The notes under the pieces: generated by a model
What the model was told of the DNA's origin: nothing
What the model saw: only the letters and a program-made list of their open reading frames with translations
Databases searched by the model: none
Part shown: piece by piece, positions 27,028 to 40,000 of the stretch
Position numbering within the stretch: position 1 is the first letter of the stretch
Layout: each line of letters starts with the position of its first letter
Position numbers and translations under genes: made by a program
NCBI GenBank assembly: GCA_951406725.2
Contig: OX597830.1
Span: forward strand, 19,220,001 to 19,284,000
Direction: 5' to 3'
Origin: Octopus vulgaris
Lineage: Eukaryota
Length of the DNA: 64,000 bases

Positions 27028-27076
<49 letters not shown>

Positions 27077-27077
27077 T

Positions 27078-27153
<76 letters not shown>

Positions 27154-28048
27154 TATTAAATCTATATAAAATACATTTATATGTAACAAAGTAGAGATTT
27201 CAGTACAGAAAATAGAGGATAATTTTTTTAACAGAAAATTTATATACATTGTATATGTGTTAGTGTTAATGTGTATATATAAAATATATATACATGTATA
27301 TTATTCGGATCCCATGGAAAACTTGAAGTAGCACGGAATCGGAATTAAACTATTTTGAACAATACATGTAACTCCTAATAATATTGAGTGTCCTTTCTTT
27401 TATTTGCCCACTCACTCATATATATATATATACACACATCATCAACTGTTGGACAAAGCTTAATTTTATAAAAAATATGTATTTTGTATTTCTTTAATCT
27501 GTTGATTGTATATTAAATAAATCGTTTGAAATGTACCATTTGTAGCTGTTTCTTTCCGTTAATTTCTGGATTTCATATCAGCATAATTTCTATCCTATAC
27601 ATATACCTATTCTATTGGAAAACAATAAAGGTGCCTCTTCCTGTTTGCTTGATCTGCTAAAATTCACAGCTGAATCTCTCAAATCTCTCCTTTGTGTATT
27701 TAATAATGTAAAGATATATTTTTCATAATATAGTCATAGGGAGATTATGTTGATTAAAGATAGGGTTGTCATGGCTGTAATGGTGTTGATGTCATGGCTG
27801 TAATAGTTATATACCAAGATTATACCAACTTGCCTGGGTTACCTCTGGTTTTGTAATATAAGTCTCATGTAAATTTATGTTCCCGATACCAGCTTTATAA
27901 GGATAAAATTATCTCAATAAATTGCAGTGTAACATGATTTTTGTCCTTCGGTAGCAACTGTTATTTCCCATTTGCTTACCCCTAGAAAGTATGAAAAATG
28001 GTAAATATTTCCTTCAAACTTGGCTTTTGTTACATTTATTTAAACCCC
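25963..28048. repeat. ~600 bp inverted duplication (25963-26564 vs 27444-28048) with a ~880 bp spacer
   Basis: AATAAATGTAACAAAAGCCAAGTTT...AAGCTTTGTTCAACAGT recurs as its reverse complement with scattered substitutions. Confidence 0.9.
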
Positions 28049-28322
28049 AAATTTTCATACCTGTGTTACTCAATAAATTTAGTCCTCTGTTCACGATGAT
28101 GATGATGATGATGAAATAGGCGTAGGAGTGGCTGTGTGGTAAGTAGCTTGCTTGCGAACCACATGGTTCCGGGTTCAGTTCCACTGCGTGGCACCTTGGG
28201 CAAGTGTCTTCTACTATAGCCTCGATCGACCAAGGACCAGGTCATGTGATTTCGACTTTCCTTTGTCTTATCAATAATGGATGCTTGACTGCTAGAAATA
28301 GCAGCAATTCATCTCCCTGCCA

Positions 28323-29275
28323 ACATCATCATCATCATCATCATCATCATCGTTTAACATCCGTTTTCCATGCTAGCATGGGTTGGACGGTTCGACCGGG
28401 GATCTGGGAAGACAGAAGGCTGCACCAGGCCCAGTCTGATCTGGCAGTGTTTCTACAGCTGGATGCTCTTCCTAATGCCAACCACTCCGTGAGTGTAGTG
28501 GGTGCTTTTTACGTGCCACCGGCATAGGTGCCAGGCGAGGCTGGCAACGGCCACAATCAGTTGGTGCTTTTTACATGCCACCGGCACGGAAGCCAGTCAA
28601 GGCGGCGCTGGCATCGGCCACGTTCGGATGGTGCTTTTTACGTGCCACCAGCACAGGGATCACAACTGCAGTTTCCATTGATTTTTGATGTTGGTGTACT
28701 TGACGCAATGGATCTCCTCAAGCACAGGGTCAAAACGGTGTTTCTTTACTTGCCACCTGCTCAGGAGTCAGTCCAGCGGCATTGGCAACTGCCGGGTGCC
28801 AGTCATAGGATTGGTTCAATTTCGATTCTGATTTCACTTACCCCAACAGGTCTTCACAAGCAGAGTTTAGTGTCCAATGAAGGGAGGTTGGCATGTGTGT
28901 AAGTCGTTGGATGAGGTTCGATTTCGACTTTGCTTGCCTTTACGTGTCCAAAGAAGGAAAGGCATGCATAAGTGGGCTGGCTACATCCCTCGCAAAGGAC
29001 ATGGGATGGACTCACTTGTCCTGCTGGGTCTTCTCACACACAGCATATTTCCAAAGGTCTCGGTCAATAGCCATTGCCTCAGTGAGGCCTAAAGTTCGAA
29101 GGTCGTGCTTCACCACCTCGTCCCAGGTTTTCCTGGGTCTACCTCTTCCACGGGTTCCCTCAGCCGCTAGGGATTGGCACTTTTACATACATCTATCTTC
29201 CTCTATTCTCGCCACATGATCATACCAGCGCAATCGTCTCTCTTGCACAGCACAGCTGATGCTTCTTAGGTCCTC
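28323..29275 (-). mobile_element. RTE LINE 3' fragment with tandem hairpin modules in the 3' UTR
   Basis: Minus strand reads RRLR(W)YDHVARIEEDRCM.KCQSL...TRGRGRPRKTWDEVV. Repeated GTGCTTTTTACGTGCCACCGGCAC modules and a (GAT)n tail. Confidence 0.85.
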
Positions 29276-29711
29276 GAAGGGGTCAGCATTAGGAAGGGGA
29301 TCCAGCTGTAGAAACTCTGCCAGATCAAGACTGGAGCCTGGTGCAACCATCTGGTTCGCCAGTCCTCAGTCAAATTGTCCAACCCATGCTAGCATGGGAA
29401 GCGGACGTTAAACGATAACGATGCTGATGATATGTTCATAAATGAGTCCAACCCATGCCAGCATGGAAAGTGGAAATTAAATGATGATGATCAGACAGAT
29501 ATTCTCCATACAGAATACACTTCATAGTGCTCAAGAGGTTTAAATTTGAGCAGTAAATATAAGGGTAAGCAAGTTAGGCAAGTCAGTATACAAAATATAT
29601 TAAATACATTTAATACAAAAAAAAAGGTTCATATGTGTACATATAAAAAGGTCCAACTTACACAGAACAGAAATGATAGGAATTAAAGGGGTCGAATAAG
29701 AGTTTAACAAC

Positions 29712-29803
29712 TCGAACAGCTGTTTCTGGGGGCTTGATGGTCCAAAATAATGATTGTAAATTGATTCCATCATTGGATAAGTACCAGCCTCTGTCTTCAG
29801 GGA
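29712..29803 (-). ncRNA. Possible hammerhead with branched stem II (second copy at 58453-58543)
   Basis: Minus strand: CTGAAGA CAGAGGCT...AGCCCCCA GAAAC AGCT GTT. The core segments are conserved between two otherwise diverged copies. Confidence 0.45.
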
Positions 29804-30022
29804 AGAATTTTACATATGAGGTGTTGACACAAAGGAGATTAAAGAATCTTTATCCAATGATAAAGAATGTATTATCTGTTGATGGAATCAATTTAATTCC
29901 TGATATTCTTTTCATTGTGTAAGTCAGACCCTTTTATATGTAAACATATCTACATTTTTTATATTAAACGTATTTAAGGAGTTAACTTGTCTATCCTTAC
30001 ATTTACTCCTTATATACATACA

Positions 30023-30147
<125 letters not shown>

Positions 30148-32183
30148 TTGATTACTTTTTAAAGTTATCGCTACAGTACTGACTTATAAGCCTTTAATAT
30201 ACTTTGATACGTTGCAGTATATTCATCATCATCATCATTTAGCATCTGCTTTCCATGCTAGCATGGATTGGACAATTCAACTGGGGTCTGGGAAGCCAGA
30301 AGGCTGCACCAGGCCCAGTCTGATCTGGCAGTGTTTCTACAGGTGGATGCCCTTCCTAACGCCAACCACTCTGTGAGTGTAGTGGGTGCTTTTTACGTGC
30401 CAGACGAGGCTGGAACAGCCATGATCGGATAGTGCTTTTTTGTGCCACCGGCACAGAGGCCCAGACGAGGCTTGCAATGGATATGATCGGATGGTGCTTT
30501 TTACATGCCACTGGCACGGAGGCCAGTTGGAGCGGCGCTGGCAACAGCCACATTTGGATGGTTCTCTTATGTGCCACCGGCACTAGTATCACAACTACAA
30601 TTTCCATCGATGTTGATCGATTTCGATTCTGATTCTCACTTGCCTCAACAGGTCTTCACAAGTAGAGTTTTGTGTCCCAAGAAAGAAAGGTATGCATAAG
30701 TGGACTGGCTACATCCCAGGTAGAGGCCACAGGTTATGGTCTCACTTGTCCTGCTGAAGTATGCTGTGCATGAGAAGTGTTGGGCCTCATGGAGGCAATG
30801 ACCAAGACCTTTGGCATTATATCACGCTTGAGAAGAAGATCCACTAAGATGAGCAAAATTACAGTTGTGGCAGATACTGGTGTCACACAAATTGGCACCC
30901 GTGTCGGTGGTGCATAAATACACCTTGAAAAATACACATAGAAAACCATCAAGCTGTAGAAAACCTAGAAAACCATTCAGCTGTAGAAAACCACATCAGG
31001 CTGGAGTCTGGCGTAGCCTTCCAGCATGCCAGCCCAGTCAAACTGTACAACCCATGCCAACATGGACAGTGGACGTTAAATGATGATGATCTGAAGGTTC
31101 ATGGCCTAGTCGTTAGGATGTTAAGCTATCGATCATAGGTTGTTGGTTCAATTTCTAGGCCAAGTAACATGTTATTATACCCTTGAGCAATGCATTTCGT
31201 TTCATGTTGCTCCAATGCCTACTGTGTGTTGGTGCAGCTCTCCCTCCCTGTGGTGGTCACCACTTCATTGATCCAAGGAATTTAAACAAGAATGTGCTGA
31301 GAAGGTGTCTGTGTCTGCTGTTATGATTGTGTTGTTGTCACAAACAATTAGTGAAAGAATCATACAAGTTATTAGGTCATACTCACTTGTGTGTTATGCC
31401 TATGATTATTATATATATAATATATATGTGTATATATATATATGTATGTATAAATAAATATATGTACATATATATGCGTGTGAGTGTGTCTGATTGTGTG
31501 CGTTTTTGAAAGACATATGACACAACACTAAGATGTATATAACTGATTTTCTTTACACGTCATATATATCCATAAAAGCTTGGTATCAGCTGTCTTGATC
31601 AGGAAATGCTAAGCACTGTGTATGTATGGCTGGATGATGTGGTTGCATGTGTGTGCTAATGTATATATATATATATATATATGAACCTATATACTTACCA
31701 CACAGCCATGCCTGTGCCTATATTTACTTTATATAAATTACATCATATGTAAAGAAACATAAGTTTGTTTTTTAAGCATTGAAATGTATTGTTGAACAAA
31801 TGATAAAAGGATATATTTTTCAATGTGTAAATACTGATGGAACAGCATATCTAGAAGAAAATCCTTTTAAAGCAGAAAAAATTTGTCAGCAACCAGCCAT
31901 GAGGATTGAACCAACAAACTTTTCTGCTCTAAATAGATTTTATCCTATATATGCTGTCCTGTCAGTATTTACATACTCTTTTTTTCTCTTTTACTCTTTT
32001 ACCTGTTTCAGTAATTTGACTGTGGCCATGCTGGAGCACCGCCTTTATAGTCGAGCAAACTCTTCTGTTTCTGATTTTAAGCCGGAAGCCACAAACCATT
32101 GATGGGTAAGAACTTTGTCAAGATCGGCACTATTAGCTCTTTTTTGGGTATTTGCCATAGAGATGTTTTTCTTGCCATTTCTT

Positions 32184-32214
<31 letters not shown>

Positions 32215-32231
32215 TTATTATTATTATTATT

Positions 32232-32266
<35 letters not shown>

Positions 32267-32314
32267 TATTATCACTATCATCATTATTATCATTATTATT
32301 ATTATTATTATTAT

Positions 32315-33190
32315 AGACGTCGTGCAGTATACAATATTGTGAGGTTGTTGATTAAAGATATTGTGTCTACCTGGGATTTGTACTGTTTGTCAAGTCACAA
32401 CAAGGACCTCAAACAGACAGTACTTTACACAATATGCGTGCAGTTCCAAGTAATGCTGACTTTTGCTATACATCTAAATTGTAGGGTATTTCTTAGGTTT
32501 CCAGATGTTTTTCAGATTGGGTGGTATTGAACCCAATGCTCCAATGACAGTAGGGATAACCTTTATGTTTGACTCTCATAGCTGCTACATCTTAGCGATC
32601 TCGATTCTCAGGTCTCCACATTTATCAACCTTTTCTCTTTCTTTCGTGATGATATGTTGATCTCCTGGCACTTCCATGTCAATTATTAGGTACTCTTGTT
32701 TGTCCCTCCTAAAGGTTATAACCGGCCTTTGGTGCTCTAACACCTTGTCTATCTGGTTAAAGTCTCAGAAGATTTTCACCTTCCCCTTTTTGTCCATTAC
32801 CCTTTCCAGTGTATGGTGGTACCAAGCACCTGTAACCTCAAATCCATACTTATGGCATAGTAGCCAGTGGAAGTTTTGGGCTACGTTGTCGTGTCTACAT
32901 TTGTACACTTTCTGTGCAAGACTTTCACAAGCACTAACAATGTGAGTCATACTTTTGACCTTCTTCCCACACATTCTGCAGTGGTCTGTTGCACTTGATT
33001 GATATGTATTCTCTTTCACTGAGTTGGTATTCAATGCCTGGTCCTGGGCAGCGATGTTTAGGCTTTCAGTATTCTTTTTTAGGTCATCCTTGTTGAACCA
33101 CCTCCATGCTGCATCTTAGCCTTTTAATTTGCTGGTTTCACTGTGGAACTGACCATGTAATTTGATATGAAGTAGGGTTTCTTCTCTCGT
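32315..33190 (-). mobile_element. R4/Dong-type non-LTR retrotransposon 3' relic (CCHC finger and restriction-like endonuclease)
   Basis: AAQDQALNTN, CRMCGKKVKSMTHIVSAC, RHDNVA and HQRP...LIIDMEVPGD...KEREKVDK motifs. The 3' end abuts (TAA)n. Confidence 0.85.
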
Positions 33191-34017
33191 TGGCTGTTCT
33201 TGACACTAAATCATGAGCACTCTCAAGTCTTATTTTTGTTAACTCCTGCACTACCAGCATACTGTAGCAGCCATGCTTACTGTTTACCAAATATTCTGCC
33301 AATTTTCTTCTTTATTATTAATAATGTTCATACTAACCATATATTCAATATCTACAAATTTAGATCTATTCTTTTTAATATGTTCACTTTTAATACTTAG
33401 CTTTTCTATTCTTTCATTATCCACTGATGCCACCAACAGTTGAATACAAAAATAGCTTTTCTTAGATTATATTTCTTCTAAAAGTTCCTTTTTGCATGTG
33501 TCTGCGTACTGGAAATAATTCCTTGGTTCACTTTGGATTTAATGTTGGATCACTTTGAAAATATTGTGTTAACATGTATTTTTGGAAATATTAATTTCAA
33601 CATTATTTTCTATGTTTGAATATCTCTTTTTTCTTTTACTCTCTTACTTGTTTCAGTCATTTCACTGCAGCCATGCTGGAGCACTGCCTTTAGTCGAGGA
33701 AATCGAGTCCTGGACTTATTCTTTGGAAGCCTAGTACTTATTCTATTGGTCTCTTTTATATTTTTTTTTCATTTTTTATTTGAATTGTTTGTTTATTTGA
33801 ATTGACTATATATCTATATGTCAAGAAGACCCAAAGGTGTCAGGTAATGCTGAGTAAGTGCTATGGACAGTCTTTAGTTAAGCTCCAGGTTTGGTGATTA
33901 TGTGAATGAGGAGTCCAATGTAGGTCATATATTAGCATGCATATATACAAAAAAATTAACTGAATGAGATAAAAAATCCAAGGCTGTGAAAGATTTCAGA
34001 CCATTTATAAAGAAAAG

Positions 34018-34065
34018 GTCTTACAGCTGTTTCTGGGATATTTTATATATCCTTTCATCAGAGAC
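34018..34065 (-). ncRNA. Intact minimal type I hammerhead ribozyme
   Basis: Minus strand: GTCT CTGATGA A AGGATAT-ATAAA-ATATCCC A GAAAC AGCT GTA AGAC. ACAGCTGT is palindromic and the cleavage triplet is GUA. Confidence 0.8.
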
Positions 34066-35105
34066 AGTGCGAGAAAATGGTTAAGCAATAGTTATAGAGA
34101 AGATATGAAATATAGAGTGAAGTGGAGGAATGAAAACAGATGTGAGATACGTATCCAATGGTATTTATAATTGGTCATTCCAAGCATAGTCTTGTAAACC
34201 CCAAGTAAAGAGAAATTGAGTAATTGGGTCTTCATTTCCACGAATAAAGACCTTTTGAAGAAGATGAAGGTAGTGTGTGGTGCTGATATATTTTATATCA
34301 AAGCAATGGATAAATTTACCAAAATGAACCAAAGAATTGAACTGATTTGTAAATAAATTTTAAAGGGCTCAGTATTTGTATGGTTTATTATTTTCCCATA
34401 TTTCTCTTGTAGCCAATAATGGTCATCATGGCAGGTTAAAGGGGTACATCAAGTCAAGTGGAGAAGAGTATCATGCTTGAAGCAAAGCCTGTTGGTAGAA
34501 GAGCATTATCTCACATTAAGATTAGTTCACATCACAATCACAGATGGGTGGCAGAATACTTTTCTGGGGTGGGTAGAGTAAGCCACCACTGCCCCACTAT
34601 CAACCTTGGTGATTGACCTGCATCACAGACTGCATACCCTGGTTTTTCCAAGTCACTCTTCATCACGGGTGTGTGCATGTGTATATAACATCATCTTCAT
34701 CATCATCATCATCTTTTAACGTCTGCTTTCCATGCTGGCATGGGTTGGACGGTTTAACTGAGGGCCGGCAAGTTAGAAGGCTGCACCAGTCTCCAATATG
34801 ATCTGGCAAGGTTTCTACAGCTGGATGACCTTCCTAATGCCAACCACTCTGAGAGTATAGTGGTTGCTTTTATGTGCCATCGGCACAAGGGCCAGTCAAG
34901 CGGTACTGGTATACATATATATTTGTATATATATATGCATATACACACACATATACATATATATATGTATGTATGTATGTTCATGTCATCTTACAACACT
35001 TCCTATGTTGCACATCAGTGCTTTTACACAAGTATGCATTGAGATTACAGTTGTTCTTCAGCACTAAATTGACCCTGACCTGGAAGACTTGTGTCTGACA
35101 ATATC

Positions 35106-35170
<65 letters not shown>

Positions 35171-35385
35171 TACATACACACAAATATTTATAGGTATGTA
35201 TGTGTGTATATATATGTGTGCATGTGTGTGTGTGTGTATATATATATATAAATATATACACACACACACATACATGCATACATGCAAACATACATACATA
35301 CATACCATACATCCATCCATCCATCCATACATATATTTATAGGTATGTATGTGTGTATATATATGTGTGTGCATGTGTGTGTGTG

Positions 35386-35429
<44 letters not shown>

Positions 35430-35506
35430 TACATGCATACATGCAAACATACATACATACATACATACCATACATCCATCCATCCATCCATCCATCCATA
35501 CATACA

Positions 35507-35537
<31 letters not shown>

Positions 35538-36949
35538 CGAAATCGAATTGAACCAGCCAGGATCCCTGGTCTGGTGGTACGTAAAAAGCACTATCCGACT
35601 CGTGGCCGTGGCACGTAAAATACTCCAATGCGACCGTACGACAGGCACCCTTGCCAACCCCCTTTGCTTGTGAAGACATGTTGGGGCAAGCGAAATCGAA
35701 ATCGAATTGAACCAGCCAGGATCCCTGGTCTGGTGGTACGTAAAGCACTATCCGACTCGTGGCCGATGCCAGCACCGCCTCGACTGGCTTCCGTGCCGGT
35801 GGCACATAAAATACACCAATCTGACCGTGGCCGTTGCCAGCCCCGCCTGGCACCTGTGCAGGTGGCACGTAAAAAGCACCCACTACACTCACGGAGTGGT
35901 TGGCGTTAGGAAGGGGCATCCAGCTGTAGAAACATTGCCAGATTAGACTGGAGCCTGGTGCAGCCTTCTGGCTTCCCAGAACCCCGGTCGAACCGTCCAA
36001 CCCATGCTAGCATGGAGAACGGACGTTAAACGACGATGATGATGATGATGATATATGAGTATGTATATATGTGTTTATGCAGATAGGTGCGTAAACAAAA
36101 AAAAAAAAAATATGCAACATATGTTGTGGAAGTAAAATAAATTTCTTATTGCTTGTGACCTGAATCTGTACTACTCAAAGTTTTGCAGCTGTAAAAACCT
36201 ACCTGACAGTTCAAATTCTGTCAATCTTAAGTAGCATGGTAGATAGGTGTTCTAAAGTGGGCTGAACCTCATTTGATGATGCATAAAGTTATGTGGAGGA
36301 CTTCTCAATGAATTCTGTTAATTGGGGCAGTGGTATGTTAATTGTGGCCGTTACTTGGGGCAGTGGTATGGAAGGGTTCTTTTACAAATGGTAGCAACAG
36401 TTCCCTTTGATTTCTTTAGAAATTTTAATAAAGTTTCAAGTCGAAGTAAATATATAAAAAATTCTATCAACTAGGTGTAGGTATGACTGTGAGGCAAGAA
36501 GTTTGCTTCCCAAGCACATTGTTCCAGGTTCAGTTCCACTGCATGGCACCTTGGGCAAGTGTCTTCTACTATAGCCTTGGGTCGGCCAAAGCCTTGTGAG
36601 TGGATTTGGTAAATGGAAACTGAAAAAAACCCCAGTCCTATGTGTGTGTGTTTGTATGTGTTTGTGTCTGTGGAGTTGAATGTAGATTAGTCTCTTATAT
36701 GATAGTAATGGTTCATAATTTTTAATGAAACTTTATTGATATTCTACTAGTATTTCTAAAGAAAAAAAGGGAGACTCCAATTATCTATTGTGTTATAGAT
36801 AATTCAGTGACTGCTACAACACCTAGCAGTGGTCCAGAAGCTCTCCATCTTGCGATCCAAATGCACTAGCAGAAATAAGATTTATATATCATCAAATAAT
36901 GTTCAACCTCCTTTAGAATTCTGAATTGGTCCACCACTTAGATCAGCAG

Positions 36950-36997
36950 CATCTGGAGAATCAGGCACACTTTAATGTCTATGAAACTAAAGTAATG
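36950..36997 (+). ncRNA. Hammerhead motif (A6>G)
   Basis: CAT CTGGAGA ATCAGGCA-CACTTTAA-TGTCTAT GAAAC TAAA GTA ATG. Confidence 0.55.
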
Positions 36998-37040
36998 GAA
37001 ATTTAAGTCAAACTGTAATAGAAACACAAATATACCTGTT

Positions 37041-37078
<38 letters not shown>

Positions 37079-37206
37079 TATGCATATATACATACATATA
37101 TGTACATACCTACATATATATGTATATTTACATGCACAAATGGGTACAGGACATCAAAAAAACGTTGAACACAATGAGGATCAAGACATACATATACATA
37201 CATACA

Positions 37207-37311
<105 letters not shown>

Positions 37312-37368
37312 ATATATGTATGTATGTATGAGTATGTATGTATGTGTACATATGTATGTATATACATG

Positions 37369-37412
<44 letters not shown>

Positions 37413-37423
37413 ATATATATATG

Positions 37424-37457
<34 letters not shown>

Positions 37458-37479
37458 TGTATGTATGTATATGTATTAT

Positions 37480-37745
37480 CATTTATGTAATATAAATAAT
37501 ATAATCCAATTGCATTGTCAAATCTTCAGAGATACACAACTTTCATTCACAATTTTATGTATACATTCTGGATTAGTGATGGTGTTGTCATCAGTACCAC
37601 TGCAACTGCTGTATTTGTGTTACCAGTGATAGCAACATTGTCACTAATCCATTACGTATACATAAAATCATGAATGAGAATTATGCATTTCTGAAGATTT
37701 GGTAACACAAATGGATCATACAATTTACATTATACAACTAATAAT
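37480..37745. repeat. Old fold-back element with ~115 bp imperfect arms
   Basis: CAAATCTTCAGAGAT...TTTTATGTATAC..TGGATTAGTGA pairs with TCACTAATCCA..GTATACATAAAA...ATTTCTGAAGATTTG. Confidence 0.75.
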
Positions 37746-37868
37746 CTTGCATTGTTAAAGGAATATATGTAAAATGGTGTGACTAAGTATTTGGTAAACA
37801 AATTCTTTGGTTTTGCTTTGTCGTAGGCATCTCCTGCCTACCCCATCTCTCTGTCTCTTCTCTGTCTC

Positions 37869-37945
<77 letters not shown>

Positions 37946-38052
37946 TATATATCATCATGGTACAGGAATTTTTTCAATATTTAGATGACTTCCAGTGCTC
38001 CATGTCAGTTAACTTTTTCTCAATTACTACTTCAATTTTTATGTTCTTCACC

Positions 38053-38450
38053 AGGCACAGGAGTGACTGTGTGGTAAGTAGCTTGCTTACCAACCACATG
38101 GTTCTGGGTTCAGTCCCACTGCATGTGTCTTCTACTATAGCCTCGGGCTGACCAAAGCCTTGTGAGTGGATTTGGTAGACGGAAACTGAAAGAAGCCCAT
38201 CCTATATATGTATATATCTGTCTGTGTGTGTGAGTATGTTTGTGTATCTGTGTTTGTCCCCCAACATCACTTGACAACTGATGCTAGTGTGTTTACGTTC
38301 CCGTAACTTAGCGGTTCGGCAAAAGAAACTGATAGAATAAGTATTAGGCTTACGAAAAATAAGTCCTTGGCTCAATTTCTTCGACTAAAAGGCAGTGCTC
38401 CAGCATGGCCACAGTCAAATGACTGAAACAAGTAAAAGAGTAAAAGAGTA
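38053..38450 (+). mobile_element. SINE family A copy
   Basis: Match to family A with a small internal deletion. Confidence 0.9.
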
Positions 38451-38537
38451 CCACCATTGGGTATTCACCAATACACTAAGCTGTTCCTGAAAAAAAAAGG
38501 TGATATAAAAAATTGTCAAATTTAGCTCACATACCCT

Positions 38538-40000
38538 GTAAGAGACGATATAGACATGCTCAACCACCTCCCTAAAACAATCAATGAGAAAACCCTTCTA
38601 GTATCCTTCGACGTAGTTAACCTTTATTCTAACATCCCTCACAACCTAGGAATAGAAGCGATCACCTTCTGGCTGAATAACTACTCCTTTGAACTACCAA
38701 CTCGCATAAACAAAGATCTTATAATAGAAGGACTTAGATTTATTTTAGAAAACAATTACTTTATTTTTGACAATAATTTCTACAGACAAAAATCGGGAAC
38801 AGCGATGGGCACGCGTACTGCGCCTTCTTTGGCCAACCTAGTGATGGGATACCTCGAGAAAATACTCTACCAGATAACACTCGAGAAATATGGAAACACC
38901 TTCTCCACCTATATCCAGAACAACTGGAAAAGATACCTCGACGACTGTTTTATCCTCTGGGATAAAAGTATAGAGAAACTTGAGGAATTTAAAATACTAT
39001 TAAATGGAATAAATGATAATATACAATTCACGATGGATCATAACGAAGAAGAATTACCATTTTTAGACATCCTCATTAAGAAAACCGGCAACAAAATAGA
39101 GACAGAAATCTATTATAAACCGACAGACTCCAAACAGTACCTGCCCTTTGATTCATGCCACCCACGACACACTAGAATAAATGTCCCTTTTTGTTTAGCT
39201 AGAAGGATTTGCACCATAATATCAGACACAAACACCCGACACACACGTCTCCAGGAACTTAGAACCACACTCACAAATAGAAACTATCCACAGCCCCTAA
39301 TAGACAGTGCAATCCAACGGGCACTTAAATTAAGTATAGAAGACCTGAGACAAACAAAACCAAAAAAGAAAGAACAATTAAAAACCCTTCCCTACATCTC
39401 TACACACAACCCACTTAACAATGAGGCCTTCAGCACCATACTACAAAGCACAGCCCTACTAAAGGGAGACCCAAAGATGAACCGGATCCTCGAAACACAC
39501 ACCATCATTAAAAGTAAACGGCAACCAAAATCCTTGAAAAGGATTTTAACCCAAGCTAAACTGCACTCAACATCAACCACAAAACCAGCAGTTAGAAAAT
39601 GTGGAAGGCCCAACTGCGGAATCTGTGTCATCCTGGTAGAAGGTTCAGAATTTATACTAGAACAAGGCCATCAGTTCACCATTAGAACAAACTTCACCTG
39701 TGCATCAAAAAACTTAATTTACGTCTTAACATGCGCAGGCTGCAATAGGCAATATATAGGCCATACAAAAAATAGCTTACGTAAAAGGATGGCGGTGCAT
39801 AAATCACAAATTAGAAACCCTGAATACCGGAAAATACCAGACACATAGATAGATGTACTGCAAATGAAAATCCGAAATTTACAACTTACCCACTTTACAA
39901 ATTCAGTGACAGCGTAACCTTCACTCAACGCCAAAATAAAGAACTTTATTTCATCAAAAAATTGAGACCAAGTTTGAACACCCTGGGCCAGGAATATTAA
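38538..40000 (+). CDS. Penelope-like element (Neptune-type) reverse transcriptase / GIY-YIG endonuclease; 5'-truncated, one frameshift near 39840
   Basis: LVSFDVVNLYSNIPH, QKSGTAMG..APSLANL, WKRYLDDCFILW, LPFLDILI and YYKPTDSKQYL..SCHP (RT). CGRPNCGIC linker. LIYVLTCAGC..YIGHT...R...H (GIY-YIG). A shifted frame continues RHIDRC...RQNKELYFIKKLRPSLN to TAA at 39998-40000. Confidence 0.95.
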
